The notes under the pieces are model-generated. The model ran no database searches and was not told the origin of the DNA. It saw only the letters and a program-made list of their open reading frames with translations. From positions 1 through 46,941 of the IMG/VR virus record IMGVR_UViG_3300032024_000157: 46,941 bases of DNA. One strand, 5' to 3'. The stretch comes from a virus. Taxonomy: Duplodnaviria > Caudoviricetes. Position 1 is the first letter of the stretch; every line of letters starts with the position of its first letter. This document shows positions 10,416-20,379 of this stretch, one piece after another. Position numbers and translations under genes: made by a program.

Positions 10416-11114
10416 ATGACATACGCCAACTTCAAAGATTCAGTCATCAGTTATCTTAACAGATCAGCTGCAGTTGTAGTGACTGGCGGCAATGTCGACC
10501 TTGTACTGTTGGCAATGAATGACGCTCGGCGCGCAGCACAGCGTGAATATTCGTTTGAAATGAACGCCACGCAGGCCTTTGTCCAACTTTCCATGCTTGG
10601 AAAGTCGTTGATGACGGACTTTCGTACTGCGCCAAGCGGCACGACCGTTACCATGGTGAAACGAATCGACGCGCTGTGGGAGTATACCACTACGACAATC
10701 GCTTCTACTACGGTCTACTACCCAACTCAATCTATTGAACTGCGTCGCAAGCATGCCCTTCGTGATCACGTACCTAGCGACCCCAACGCGGCTGCGTTAA
10801 CAGCACCTACCATCAGCACCTTCGCCTATCTTCAAGGCCAAAAACTTTTTCATACCAACCTTACCACGCAGACTTGGGTCCTTGCAGACGTCATCGAGTT
10901 CCAAGGCGACCACAAAGGGGGCACGGTTGAAGACATTTGGCTTCTTTACTTTACCGACTGGCTGCGCATGGCTACTCTTGCCAGTCTTAATTTGTGGCTC
11001 AAAGACAACGAGCGCACAGCCATCGACCAAGCGCTTCTTGGCGGTCTTTGGCAGAGCGTCAAAAAGTTCGACGCCGAACAGTCAATTTCAACTGACGACC
11101 TCTCCCTTGATTAA
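10416..11114 (+). CDS. head-tail adaptor protein
   Basis: MTYANFKDSVISYLNR...AMNDARRAAQRE N-terminus typical of adaptors; gene position. Confidence 0.7.
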   Translation: MTYANFKDSVISYLNRSAAVVVTGGNVDLVLLAMNDARRAAQREYSFEMNATQAFVQLSMLGKSLMTDFRTAPSGTTVTMVKRIDALWEYTTTTIASTTVYYPTQSIELRRKHALRDHVPSDPNAAALTAPTISTFAYLQGQKLFHTNLTTQTWVLADVIEFQGDHKGGTVEDIWLLYFTDWLRMATLASLNLWLKDNERTAIDQALLGGLWQSVKKFDAEQSISTDDLSLD

Positions 11115-12976
11115 TGACTAAGCATAATTACACTCGAGTGCCAAACGGTGGAGTCGACCGCACAGTCGAGCCGCATTTGGCAAGTCCAGACCACTTCTAC
11201 GACCTCTTAAACCTTCGACCTACAGTCGGAGCCTTGCGTCAGACCGCACCGATTGTCAGCAAGGTTGCTCTTGCCGCCTTGGCAAGTGAAACAAGTTCTA
11301 CAGTGCGATACATCGACCTCGTTCGCACTAACGCAGCTGCACTACGTTATCTTGTGCTCAACGAACAGACTGCTCGCTACATCGTTCCAACCGCTACCGG
11401 CACACAGACATTAATTCCAGCCGTCACTCAAACTAAGATGCCAAACAACATCACCAATTTTGGTGAGGTTCTTCTTTACGGCTTCAACACAACCGACTTT
11501 TCGACGTCTGGTGACTATATCGAAGTCGAAATTCAGTCTGCAACAACTTTTCGTTGGAATCGTAATGGTGGTGCTTGGACGTCAGGCGTCACTGTTGGTC
11601 GTGCACTTTCTCTCGGTGCGAACGGCCTTAAGATTGATTTTCTTGAGACAACCGGCTACACCGCGTCTGATCTTTGGCGCTGGACGCGGACGGAAACTTT
11701 GCCCTACAGTTCTAGCGTCTCTTCGACCAAAAACTTCTCCTACTCTTCTTCTCCCTATCTTACCGACGTTTATCTTGGTGGCATCGGTCGAAACGTGATG
11801 CGTGTGCGTGACGGTTTTATTACCTCCGTTGGTTACTCACGAGTTTATGGAAAGCACGTGGCTGTCTTTCAAAATCATCTTGTGGTCACTCACTATGCCG
11901 CTGCTGCCTACAGTGCAGGCGCTACATCCGATCCGTTCGCGGCCGCCACGACACCTTTCATGGTTGGTTGGAGCGACCTTAACAACCCAGACGCTTTTTT
12001 CTCTACTAGTGTCAACGAGGCAGACATCTATCAACTACCCTACAATACCTACTCTGAGGCCGTCAACTACGGCATTACTGGCACAGGCAAATGGGCGCAA
12101 ACACTTTGGCTCTACACTGCTGATGGCATGTCTTCGATGGACTATGTTGGTCTACCGAACGTTATGCAAATTCTACCGCGTTACACAGTAGGGTCTGTCT
12201 ACCCAAACGGTCTTGTGGTGACAGACAACGGTCACTATTTTATTGGACGCGGCAACATTTATTTTTTCAACGGCGGTTCTCCTCGACCAATTGCTGACGC
12301 TATTCGTGATAAGTTCTTTTCTGAACTGCTTCCGCTCGATCCTGGTGACGACAACTCTGAATCAGTCATTGGCTACTACGACCTCTTTCGTCGTGAAGTT
12401 TCGTGGATATACTGGACCTCGTCCGGACAAGGAAAACAGCTTGTTTATTCTGAACAGTTCAGTCGCTGGACCTTTCGCAATTTACCTTACGAGACCGACA
12501 ACAAACCACGTGCTATTGGTCGCGTCTATAACAGCACATCCAAATTGCTCTATGGTGGTGTAGCCAAAATTAATTTCGACTACGACTCCAATGAGTCCAC
12601 CACTAACATTCTTCTCGACGACCTTGCATCTACTGGTTATACACAGCCACTTGCAGAGACCAACGACATTTTCTACCGCGACCTGTTTGCGACAAAAGAA
12701 GCTGACTCGTTCTTTCTTGACGCCGGCTGGTCTTCTGGCGTTACTGGTCTTGAACTCAATCATTCCTTACGGAACTACGTCAGCAATTCCGTTGTCTTTA
12801 CTGCTTTGGCTGACAAGTGGACGCCTAACCTTCCCGAAGGGCGTCTTTCGTTTCCTCGTGGTGCCGGACGAGTCTTTCGCTTTCGCTTTAAGTTTGTCGG
12901 TACTAAACCCGTTGACTGCGTTCTCTGTGGTTGGGGTGATCAAGTGTACGGAGAAATGAAGGAGCTTAAACGATGA
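11114..12976 (+). CDS. tail nozzle / stabilization protein (P22 gp10, T7 gp12 analogue)
   Basis: 620 aa beta-propeller-like: FQNHLVV, VGWSDLNNP, YFIGRGNIYFFNG, C-terminal RVFRFRF. Confidence 0.75.
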   Translation: MTKHNYTRVPNGGVDRTVEPHLASPDHFYDLLNLRPTVGALRQTAPIVSKVALAALASETSSTVRYIDLVRTNAAALRYLVLNEQTARYIVPTATGTQTLIPAVTQTKMPNNITNFGEVLLYGFNTTDFSTSGDYIEVEIQSATTFRWNRNGGAWTSGVTVGRALSLGANGLKIDFLETTGYTASDLWRWTRTETLPYSSSVSSTKNFSYSSSPYLTDVYLGGIGRNVMRVRDGFITSVGYSRVYGKHVAVFQNHLVVTHYAAAAYSAGATSDPFAAATTPFMVGWSDLNNPDAFFSTSVNEADIYQLPYNTYSEAVNYGITGTGKWAQTLWLYTADGMSSMDYVGLPNVMQILPRYTVGSVYPNGLVVTDNGHYFIGRGNIYFFNGGSPRPIADAIRDKFFSELLPLDPGDDNSESVIGYYDLFRREVSWIYWTSSGQGKQLVYSEQFSRWTFRNLPYETDNKPRAIGRVYNSTSKLLYGGVAKINFDYDSNESTTNILLDDLASTGYTQPLAETNDIFYRDLFATKEADSFFLDAGWSSGVTGLELNHSLRNYVSNSVVFTALADKWTPNLPEGRLSFPRGAGRVFRFRFKFVGTKPVDCVLCGWGDQVYGEMKELKR

Positions 12977-14607
12977 ACACTATTTACGCCACCGAACTCG
13001 ACCCGGCAGTATTGGCCCGCTTTCGTGCCGTTGAAGGAAACGTTGCAACCCTCAGTGAGCAGTTTGACCTTTTCAGAAGCACTCGCCTGTCTGAATATCA
13101 ACTACAACCAAACTCTATTGGAACGCAACAACTGCAAATTGACAGCATACTGGCCCGGCACATTGCTGTTGACACCCTTTCTGCCATTTCGGCCGACATG
13201 GGCACGCTTACGGCCGGCAACATAACGTTCGATTCTGCCGGTTTTTTGCGTGGCGGTGCAACCGCTTACAACACCGGCACGGGGTTTTGGGCTGGCTACG
13301 ACATCGCAGCCTACAAAATGTTCATTGGGGCCGCAGCTGGTAATAAGCTTTTGTGGGACGGCACTACGTTGGCCGTTGTTGGTTCCATCACTGCTACAAC
13401 TGGTGCGATTGGCGGCTTCGACATCGGGGCGGACTACATCCGTGACGTTTCCAACTCGATGGGTCTTGCCTCAACAGTAACCGGCGGTGATGACGTTCGT
13501 TTCTGGGCTGGTGTGACCTTTGCCAATAGAGCTACCGCTCCCTTCTTCGTTACAGAGGCCGGCAACATTACGGCCAACAGTGCAACCATCGTCGGTACCA
13601 TTTCTGGCCGCTCAACTGCTATTGTTGCTTCTACGATCAACTCTGCCGGCAACGTCGTCACCGACCTCATCAATGCGCGGTTAGACTCTTCGGCCAAGAC
13701 CATGCTTGCCGACTTCACCTTTGGTGCGGCTGACTACTCTGGTGCGCTCAAGTCTGGCACCATTACGTGGAACACAACCACTGGTGCCTTGACTGGTGGG
13801 TCCGGTGTGTTGGTCTACCGCGGTGGTATTATCGGCGCGGCCGCAGGCGTTGCTAAATTTACTCTCGACGCCGCCACTGGTGCTGCTACCTTCGCAGGTG
13901 CGTTGTCCGCTCCGACCGGAACAATTGGTGGTTGGACAATTAACAGCACTACAATTACCGGTACTAATTCCACGCTGGACTCTGCTGGCGTGCTGACTCT
14001 TGGCACCGCAAACGACGTCTTCATCGCCTCCGCAGCCGACGCTACTTATCGACTTTGGATCGGTCACGCAACGGCTGCAAGCGGACCGTTTCGGGTGACA
14101 AAAGCAGGCGCGCTGACGGCAACCAGTGCTACTATTTCCGGTACGATCACGTCGACCTCCGGCACGATTGGTGGGTTCACGTTGGGCACGCCCTCAATTA
14201 TTGGTTCAGGCACCGGCAGTAACTACATCGAAATCGCCTCCGACGTTGCAGGAAAAACATTTGGTATTAAACTCGGTGAACAAGGAACGGCAGTCAGAAA
14301 TACGTTCGTCAACGCCGGTAGAATAACAATGACTTATCCAGGCACGGGCGGAAACAATCACGACGGAGTAACTCTTTACGCCGACACGGCGGCAACAGGG
14401 GCTGGAGTTGTGGAACTTCGAAAAAATGACAGCGCTACCGTGAACGTCTTGTTGCGCGGAGACACCGGCGACGGCACGTTTGTAGGTACCGTTCGGGCGA
14501 ACACCGCTTTTAATCATGACGGTACTGCTGGTGCAACCGGCACAATCGACATTGCTACGACGTCTTTCATCTTCGTTTCTGGCGGCATTATAACTAGTTG
14601 GTCTTAA
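12973..14607 (+). CDS. tail fibre protein
   Basis: LSAISADMG motif and repeated APF(F/R)VT.AG...ATI.GTI and G.IGG(F/W).I units; Gly/Thr/Ala rich. Confidence 0.75.
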   Translation: MNTIYATELDPAVLARFRAVEGNVATLSEQFDLFRSTRLSEYQLQPNSIGTQQLQIDSILARHIAVDTLSAISADMGTLTAGNITFDSAGFLRGGATAYNTGTGFWAGYDIAAYKMFIGAAAGNKLLWDGTTLAVVGSITATTGAIGGFDIGADYIRDVSNSMGLASTVTGGDDVRFWAGVTFANRATAPFFVTEAGNITANSATIVGTISGRSTAIVASTINSAGNVVTDLINARLDSSAKTMLADFTFGAADYSGALKSGTITWNTTTGALTGGSGVLVYRGGIIGAAAGVAKFTLDAATGAATFAGALSAPTGTIGGWTINSTTITGTNSTLDSAGVLTLGTANDVFIASAADATYRLWIGHATAASGPFRVTKAGALTATSATISGTITSTSGTIGGFTLGTPSIIGSGTGSNYIEIASDVAGKTFGIKLGEQGTAVRNTFVNAGRITMTYPGTGGNNHDGVTLYADTAATGAGVVELRKNDSATVNVLLRGDTGDGTFVGTVRANTAFNHDGTAGATGTIDIATTSFIFVSGGIITSWS

Positions 14608-14619
14608 TCTTTCCTTACT

Positions 14620-14982
14620 ATGAGCGCTTCCAACTCCCAACCCCGAGTGGTCCTTCCTGACTGTGTCGAAGGCGACAAGTGGGAACAAACCGCCTCTTTC
14701 ACCCGTGTCTCCACGGACTTCACCACCGTAGCCATCACCTGTAAGCTCAGGTCGGTCTCCGATGCTGGCACTGTCGTCCACACCTTTTCTGGCCTCACCG
14801 CGACCTTTCCTGACCCTACCGACCTCACCGCTTTCACCACCACCCTGACGCTTTCAGGAACTGAAACAGACGGCCTTGGCACGGGCCAGTATTGGGGTGA
14901 TGTTGTGTTGTCCATGACCGGCTTCGGTCCCTACACTCCTGTCCAATTTTCCTTCTCCATTACCCCGAGGATTACTGCATGA
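14620..14982 (+). CDS. Ig-like (BppU-type) fibre-associated protein
   Basis: EGDKW...TLTLSGTET..L.TGQYWGDV...ITPRIT pattern. Confidence 0.55.
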   Translation: MSASNSQPRVVLPDCVEGDKWEQTASFTRVSTDFTTVAITCKLRSVSDAGTVVHTFSGLTATFPDPTDLTAFTTTLTLSGTETDGLGTGQYWGDVVLSMTGFGPYTPVQFSFSITPRITA

Positions 14983-16364
14983 GCGACATAGATGTTACAT
15001 TTGCCAACTCGTCGACTATTGAAGTCTCCATGTACGGAGCTAACCTTACGGCTGGAGTCACCTCTATTGCCGGCACGGCCAACGAAATCACCGCGTTGGC
15101 TTCTACTGGGGCGGTTGTGTTGTCATTGCCAACTGCGTTGACCTTTACTGGAAAGACTGTTACCAACGGCTCATACACCACGCCTGACATCAACGCCGGC
15201 ACGGTCGATTCGCTTACTTCACTCTCTATTCGGTCGACCGGCGCGGCTTTCGACCTGACCTTTGCCACCGCCGAAGCGATAACGGCCGGCCGCACGCTCT
15301 CGTGGAACGTGGGCAACTCCGACCGCACGCTCACCCTCACCGGTGACACCACGCTGGCCGGCACCAACACCGGGGACCAGACGATCACACTCACCGGAGA
15401 TGCGACCGGCTCGGGCACCGGCAGCTTTGCCGTCAACGTCGGGAAAATCAACGGCACCTCCCTCGCCGGGCTCGCCACCGGCATCCTCAAAAATACCACC
15501 ACTACCGGCGTGCCCTCCATCGCCGTCGCCGGGGATTTCCCGACGCTCAACCAGAACACCAACGGCTCTGCCGCCACCCTCACCACCCCCCGCGCCATTT
15601 ACGGGAATAACTTCGACGGCAGTGCGGCACTCGCGCAGATCATCGCCTCGACCTACGGCGGCACCGGCAACGGCTTTACCAAGTTCACCGGCCCCACCAC
15701 GACGGAGAGGGTCTTCACCCTGCCGGATGTCGCTAGCGCTACCATGCTCTATGCCGGCGGGCCGCTCGGCACGCCCTCCAGCGGCACCGCCACCAACCTG
15801 ACCGGCACTTCCGGCATCACCGGCACCGGCGCTCTGACCTCCGGCTCCATCGCGCCGGGATTCGGGAGCATCAACGTCGGCGCCAACAGCATCACCGGCG
15901 GGGCCATCAGCGGGACGGCGTTGAATGTGACTGGCACAATTACAAGCACTAGTGCAACTGACTCAATTCAATTGGGAGCAGCCGGAACTGGATTCAACCT
16001 TACTCTAAAAGACTACAATACTGGAACGCATCGAAGCTGGTCTATGCGGGACGATTCCGGCGTCAACCGCCTACGCTTCGCATACTCTTCCGCCGACTAT
16101 GCCTTTTGGGACGTAACAAAAACCGCTGCGGCCAATACAGTTGCGGGACATATTTGGTATGCGGCCACCAGCTACGAATGGAAAATCGCTGGGTCACAAG
16201 TTGCGAGTATCACCTCCACCGGCCTCGCGGTGACAGGAGACATCTCACTTACAGGTGCGCTAAAGCTAGGCAACGCCTATGTCGCCACTCCTCAAGTTTC
16301 TACTGGCTACATTGTCATCAAAGACTCGACCGGCACGTCCTACAAAGTAAGCTGCAACGTTTAA
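14979..16364 (+). CDS. second tail fibre protein
   Basis: GVTSIAGTANEI, GTNTGDQTITLTGDATGSGTGS, PTLNQNTNGSAATL and STYGGTG fibre motifs. Confidence 0.75.
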   Translation: MSDIDVTFANSSTIEVSMYGANLTAGVTSIAGTANEITALASTGAVVLSLPTALTFTGKTVTNGSYTTPDINAGTVDSLTSLSIRSTGAAFDLTFATAEAITAGRTLSWNVGNSDRTLTLTGDTTLAGTNTGDQTITLTGDATGSGTGSFAVNVGKINGTSLAGLATGILKNTTTTGVPSIAVAGDFPTLNQNTNGSAATLTTPRAIYGNNFDGSAALAQIIASTYGGTGNGFTKFTGPTTTERVFTLPDVASATMLYAGGPLGTPSSGTATNLTGTSGITGTGALTSGSIAPGFGSINVGANSITGGAISGTALNVTGTITSTSATDSIQLGAAGTGFNLTLKDYNTGTHRSWSMRDDSGVNRLRFAYSSADYAFWDVTKTAAANTVAGHIWYAATSYEWKIAGSQVASITSTGLAVTGDISLTGALKLGNAYVATPQVSTGYIVIKDSTGTSYKVSCNV

Positions 16365-16378
16365 CTCAACCAACGAAC

Positions 16379-16990
16379 ATGAACCCTGACGGCACACACG
16401 ACAAGAATCTAATTGACGTCGATCCAGCTCAAAGTGGTACGGCCGACAACCAAACCGTTCTCTATCTCGGCACGGTCGACGCGTCGGCCAAAGACAATGC
16501 CGGACGTAGCATTTATACCGGCACCATAAAGATAACAAATCACTGCCACAACATCACCGTCAACGCCACCATCGCAACCGGTGGCAGTGAGAACATTGTT
16601 GACGAGAATAATGAGTGCTTTGGCAACCGGGTGGTTTTGACTCACGGCGTCATTGCGGGCAAGTATGGCATTTCTTCCAAGACGTGCAAGTACTCTCACT
16701 TCTCCGGTCACCTCGTCGGCAGTCCCTCGCAGTGGCACATCAACCTTGGCTCCTGGTCTGACCAAAGCAAGGCCGTTCAAGAACACACCACTCTTGTCCT
16801 GACCGCTGACTCCTACCCCATCCTCGTCTGGTCTGGCAACGCACGTAACACCATCCTAGACGACCCAAAGAAATACAAATTCGTCTTCAAGGTTTGGTTC
16901 TGCGACGTCCCTTATCTCGGCCGTGTCACCCTGGCTATCTTCCTTTTCGGTTGGTCAATAGCAAAACTCCTCAAACTCAAAAACGTATAA
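16379..16990 (+). CDS. hypothetical protein (203 aa)
   Basis: ATG at 16379; beta-rich with a hydrophobic C-terminal segment. Confidence 0.65.
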   Translation: MNPDGTHDKNLIDVDPAQSGTADNQTVLYLGTVDASAKDNAGRSIYTGTIKITNHCHNITVNATIATGGSENIVDENNECFGNRVVLTHGVIAGKYGISSKTCKYSHFSGHLVGSPSQWHINLGSWSDQSKAVQEHTTLVLTADSYPILVWSGNARNTILDDPKKYKFVFKVWFCDVPYLGRVTLAIFLFGWSIAKLLKLKNV

Positions 16991-16994
16991 TCCC

Positions 16995-17348
16995 ATGTCT
17001 ACACCGTACGAAATCAAACTCAGTAACGGCGCAACTAATTTCTTGCGCAACATGCTCAACTCTACCGGTTGGGCCAAAACCGTCAGCGACATCATTCTTG
17101 GCGGCGGCCTGCTTGTTGAGGTCGTGCCTGAAGTCGAAGTCCCACCAGCTACCGAAGGGGAACTTAAGCTGGCCTACGACAAACGACTCAATGAGTGGTC
17201 AACGGCAGGAGAGTACAAATTCTCCGTCTCTGATAAGCAGCGCGAAGCCATCCGTCGTTGTATCAAGCACTTCGCTGAACAGGCCGGTATTCCACCCAAC
17301 CGTTCTTCTGCCATGCTGCTAACGGCCTTTGGCTACTCAGCTGACTGA
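16995..17348 (+). CDS. hypothetical protein, possible fibre chaperone
   Basis: 117-aa helical ORF after the fibre genes. Confidence 0.65.
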   Translation: MSTPYEIKLSNGATNFLRNMLNSTGWAKTVSDIILGGGLLVEVVPEVEVPPATEGELKLAYDKRLNEWSTAGEYKFSVSDKQREAIRRCIKHFAEQAGIPPNRSSAMLLTAFGYSAD

Positions 17349-17351
17349 CCT

Positions 17352-17813
17352 ATGCACTTCCTTCGTCTCGAAGCACCTGACGCCGTTCTAGCCCACTGGC
17401 CCCTCTTTCGTGAGGGCCACAGGACACTACGTCAGATGTCCAACGCAATGGTTTCTGAAGACGAATACTGCAAAATGATCACGACTCTCTCTGCGCGTGG
17501 AGATGACGTCTACATCGGTGTTGTAGTTGATGGTGAACGCGACGTCTGTTATGGCGTTGCTATCAACTCAACACCACCTTACAGCGACAAACGCACTTTT
17601 GAAATCATAACCTACTATCACAATCCCGCCCGTCGTGACGCCACGCTTTTCATGAAAGAAGAGTTCGAAAAGTGGTGCCACGCTCAGGGAATACATAGCT
17701 ATTTGATTACTACTCGTCAATCACGGCGCACTAGTGGCGGAACCGACGACTGTTTCACAGCTAAACACTATGGCTTTCGCAAGGCCTATCTTGCGTTTGA
17801 AAAGAAACTCTAA
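17352..17813 (+). CDS. GNAT-fold-like protein preceding ejection proteins
   Basis: EEFEKWCHAQGIHSY...YGF pattern; position equivalent to P22 gp14 / T7 gp13. Confidence 0.55.
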   Translation: MHFLRLEAPDAVLAHWPLFREGHRTLRQMSNAMVSEDEYCKMITTLSARGDDVYIGVVVDGERDVCYGVAINSTPPYSDKRTFEIITYYHNPARRDATLFMKEEFEKWCHAQGIHSYLITTRQSRRTSGGTDDCFTAKHYGFRKAYLAFEKKL

Positions 17814-17818
17814 CGTCC

Positions 17819-19195
17819 ATGCCACAATATACACTAGATCAAACAGCTAAGGCCCTTCAAGTCAACCCACAACTTGCTCAAGACCTTCAAGCTATGTTGG
17901 CACAAAACGGCGACAGTCGTACGCCAGCACAATGGTTGATGGAAGACCTGAATGCCGGCGACACCAACACCAACTTTCTCAACGCAGTTCAACAGGCCAA
18001 TCAACCAGGTGCGTCGATTGTTCAGGCAGCCCCTACAGCTTCTGGCAGTCCTAGCGGCGGTGTTGTGCCAACTTCCAATCCTGGTGTGCCTGTTGTTCCC
18101 ACTATAACGAACGTTGCGCCTGCCGCCGGGCCACAGGGCTTTAGTCAAAACGAAGCTGGTGCTCAAACCGGCGGGTTTACCTCGGTTGGACAAAACAGCC
18201 AAACGCAGACCGGCCAACAAACGCAGTCCGGCACAGAAATCGGCACTCAAGCAGGCACTCAGTCAGGCACGTCAACACAAACCACGCAAGTCAACGACCC
18301 GTTTAATCTAACTTCTCTTGTAGGTACTCAACTAGGCACAACCACAGCGGACGACGCGGCCAATCGCGCGTTTTTGGCTGATTTTCGAGACACTGGTGGC
18401 ACGTCATTCGGTGGTCAGGTCGACCAAGCAATCCGTCGATCACTTTCCGGTCCCGGCATGCAAGGTGTTGGACAAGCAGCTCAAGGCCGTGCGGCTGGTT
18501 TTGCAGGCGCAGAAATTGCACGTACCAATGCGGGGCAACGTTTGCAAGCGGCGGAACAAATCAACAGACCAACCGGTCTTGCACAAACCGTCGGTGCCGT
18601 CAGTCCGCTCCTTGGTTCGACCACTTCTGGTGCTACAACTGGAGAGTCTACTGCAGTCAGCAACCTACAAAAACAATTAGAAACCCTCGACCTTCAATCT
18701 CTTGTCGGCAATGAGGCACAGGCCGGCACTGCAACAGGGCAGTCCATCTCTCAAGGTTCGGGCGTCGCTCCGGCCGGACAGCAGGTCAAAGCAGGAGGCT
18801 GTGTAGTTTGCACAGCTTATGTCTCCCTTGGTCAAATGAAGCCTGGCGCGATTCGTCGCGCTTGCAGGTTCAAGTGGGCACACTGGCCACGCTACGGCAC
18901 GTCTTTGACTGGCTACTTTCTTTACGGACCGTGGATTGCACGGGCTGTTCTTTCTAACGTCATCATACGGAATTTGATGCGGCCGGTGGCCCGTGCGATT
19001 CTTTACGAGGAGGTTCGTCTTTCTGCTCCGACGAGGCTGCGTATGCGGTGGAACGCGTACATCCTACATGGGGTGTTCGACTTCATGTCGTGGCCCGTCG
19101 GAGCACTCATGAAACTGGCCGGCATGGATGCGGACGTTCGCGACAAGCAGGTCAAGGCAATGCTAGTCAAACAAAACCTTAACTTTTCACTCTAA
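17819..19195 (+). CDS. ejection (DNA transfer) protein with C-terminal Cys-motif domain
   Basis: Gln/Gly/Thr-rich body; C-terminal GGCVVCTAY...GYFLYGPWIA domain. Confidence 0.6.
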   Translation: MPQYTLDQTAKALQVNPQLAQDLQAMLAQNGDSRTPAQWLMEDLNAGDTNTNFLNAVQQANQPGASIVQAAPTASGSPSGGVVPTSNPGVPVVPTITNVAPAAGPQGFSQNEAGAQTGGFTSVGQNSQTQTGQQTQSGTEIGTQAGTQSGTSTQTTQVNDPFNLTSLVGTQLGTTTADDAANRAFLADFRDTGGTSFGGQVDQAIRRSLSGPGMQGVGQAAQGRAAGFAGAEIARTNAGQRLQAAEQINRPTGLAQTVGAVSPLLGSTTSGATTGESTAVSNLQKQLETLDLQSLVGNEAQAGTATGQSISQGSGVAPAGQQVKAGGCVVCTAYVSLGQMKPGAIRRACRFKWAHWPRYGTSLTGYFLYGPWIARAVLSNVIIRNLMRPVARAILYEEVRLSAPTRLRMRWNAYILHGVFDFMSWPVGALMKLAGMDADVRDKQVKAMLVKQNLNFSL

Positions 19196-19614
19196 TGTCT
19201 CTATCTTCTAGCGACTGGAAAAAAATCATTGCGGGTCTTGGTCTCGTCACGGTAGGTGCCTTGACGGGTGGCGCGGCTATACCCGCACTTACAGCCGGAG
19301 CTTCGGCAGCAGGTGCTGCGGGTGCAGCAGGTGCCGGTACAGCCGTAGGTGCCGGTCTTGGTACTGCCGGTGCCGGTTTGGGTACCGCTGCAAGCAGTCC
19401 GCTTCTGGCTGCGGCGGGTAAGTTTGTCGCTCCAATACTTGCAGGTCAAGGAGTTGCACTGGCTGGTAGTGGTGCCGCACCAAAATTCAACGTTGACCCA
19501 CCTGGGGCCATACCCGATAGTCAACCAATGGACCTAAACGCTTTAATTCAAAAACCCCAACAAGAACAATCACGTCTTTCCAGACTTCAACTCGGCCTTA
19601 GCCGCCGCTTCTAA
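19195..19614 (+). CDS. small Gly/Ala-rich ejection protein
   Basis: Hydrophobic AG-rich stretch typical of membrane-inserting pilot proteins. Confidence 0.6.
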   Translation: MSLSSSDWKKIIAGLGLVTVGALTGGAAIPALTAGASAAGAAGAAGAGTAVGAGLGTAGAGLGTAASSPLLAAAGKFVAPILAGQGVALAGSGAAPKFNVDPPGAIPDSQPMDLNALIQKPQQEQSRLSRLQLGLSRRF

Positions 19615-19615
19615 C

Positions 19616-20359
19616 ATGCCACTTCCAGTCGCACAACTTGGTCACATGCCGAATCTTAGTTCTCCGGGCCGCGGTCCCACGACGGTCATTGAAGACCCGT
19701 GGCGGCAACTTGCCATACAGGTCCTTGGTTCGGTTGTCCAAAAAGGCATCAGCAACGCTTTCGAACAAGACTTTACTACGCAAGCGCAACGTGAGGGACT
19801 ACCCGTTGACCCCACCGCAAAAAACAACTCAGTACTTAAGCGTATATTCACAGGTGCGCGAACCGATGAGGAACAACTCAATCGGCTGCGTGGTGAAGCT
19901 GCACAGACGACTCGAACCAAACTTTCTGAGTCGGGTGCAAACAAACGTTCAGACGCACAAATCACAGCAGGACGAGAGGAGGGAATAGCCAATCGTGGTT
20001 TTCAACGAGACGAAAACTTAAGAAGGTCTGTCGACGAGTCCAATCGACTGTTGGCCACGTTGACCAACAACACCGCAATAAATGAAGCCGACAACACTGC
20101 GAGACTAGAGCTAGTCGATAGACAAATTGCGGCCGAAGAACGTGCGCTTGGTCGCAAACTAACCGGCGAAGAACAGCAGGTCGTTATTCGTTCGTTTATT
20201 GACCAAGCCGGCAAAATGACTGCGGCTGCGCCGGCGGAAGGACTGAAACAACAAATCCTTAACCCTGGTGCACCGCCCTTTGACGTCAACACCAACATTG
20301 ACGCGCTTGCTCAAAAACTACAATCAATGGGTTTTCAACTTACTCCAGTTTCTCGCTAA
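19616..20359 (+). CDS. putative ejection protein
   Basis: 247-aa coiled-coil ORF between the pilot protein and the giant protein. Confidence 0.55.
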   Translation: MPLPVAQLGHMPNLSSPGRGPTTVIEDPWRQLAIQVLGSVVQKGISNAFEQDFTTQAQREGLPVDPTAKNNSVLKRIFTGARTDEEQLNRLRGEAAQTTRTKLSESGANKRSDAQITAGREEGIANRGFQRDENLRRSVDESNRLLATLTNNTAINEADNTARLELVDRQIAAEERALGRKLTGEEQQVVIRSFIDQAGKMTAAAPAEGLKQQILNPGAPPFDVNTNIDALAQKLQSMGFQLTPVSR

Positions 20360-20379
20360 GTCTGTTTCAGAACCTGACC

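Noticed and set aside
16106-16378. Upstream extension of the 294-aa ORF as a fibre frameshift product
   Set aside because: Overlaps the fibre gene with implausible composition and no slippery site seen; ATG 16379 is the better start
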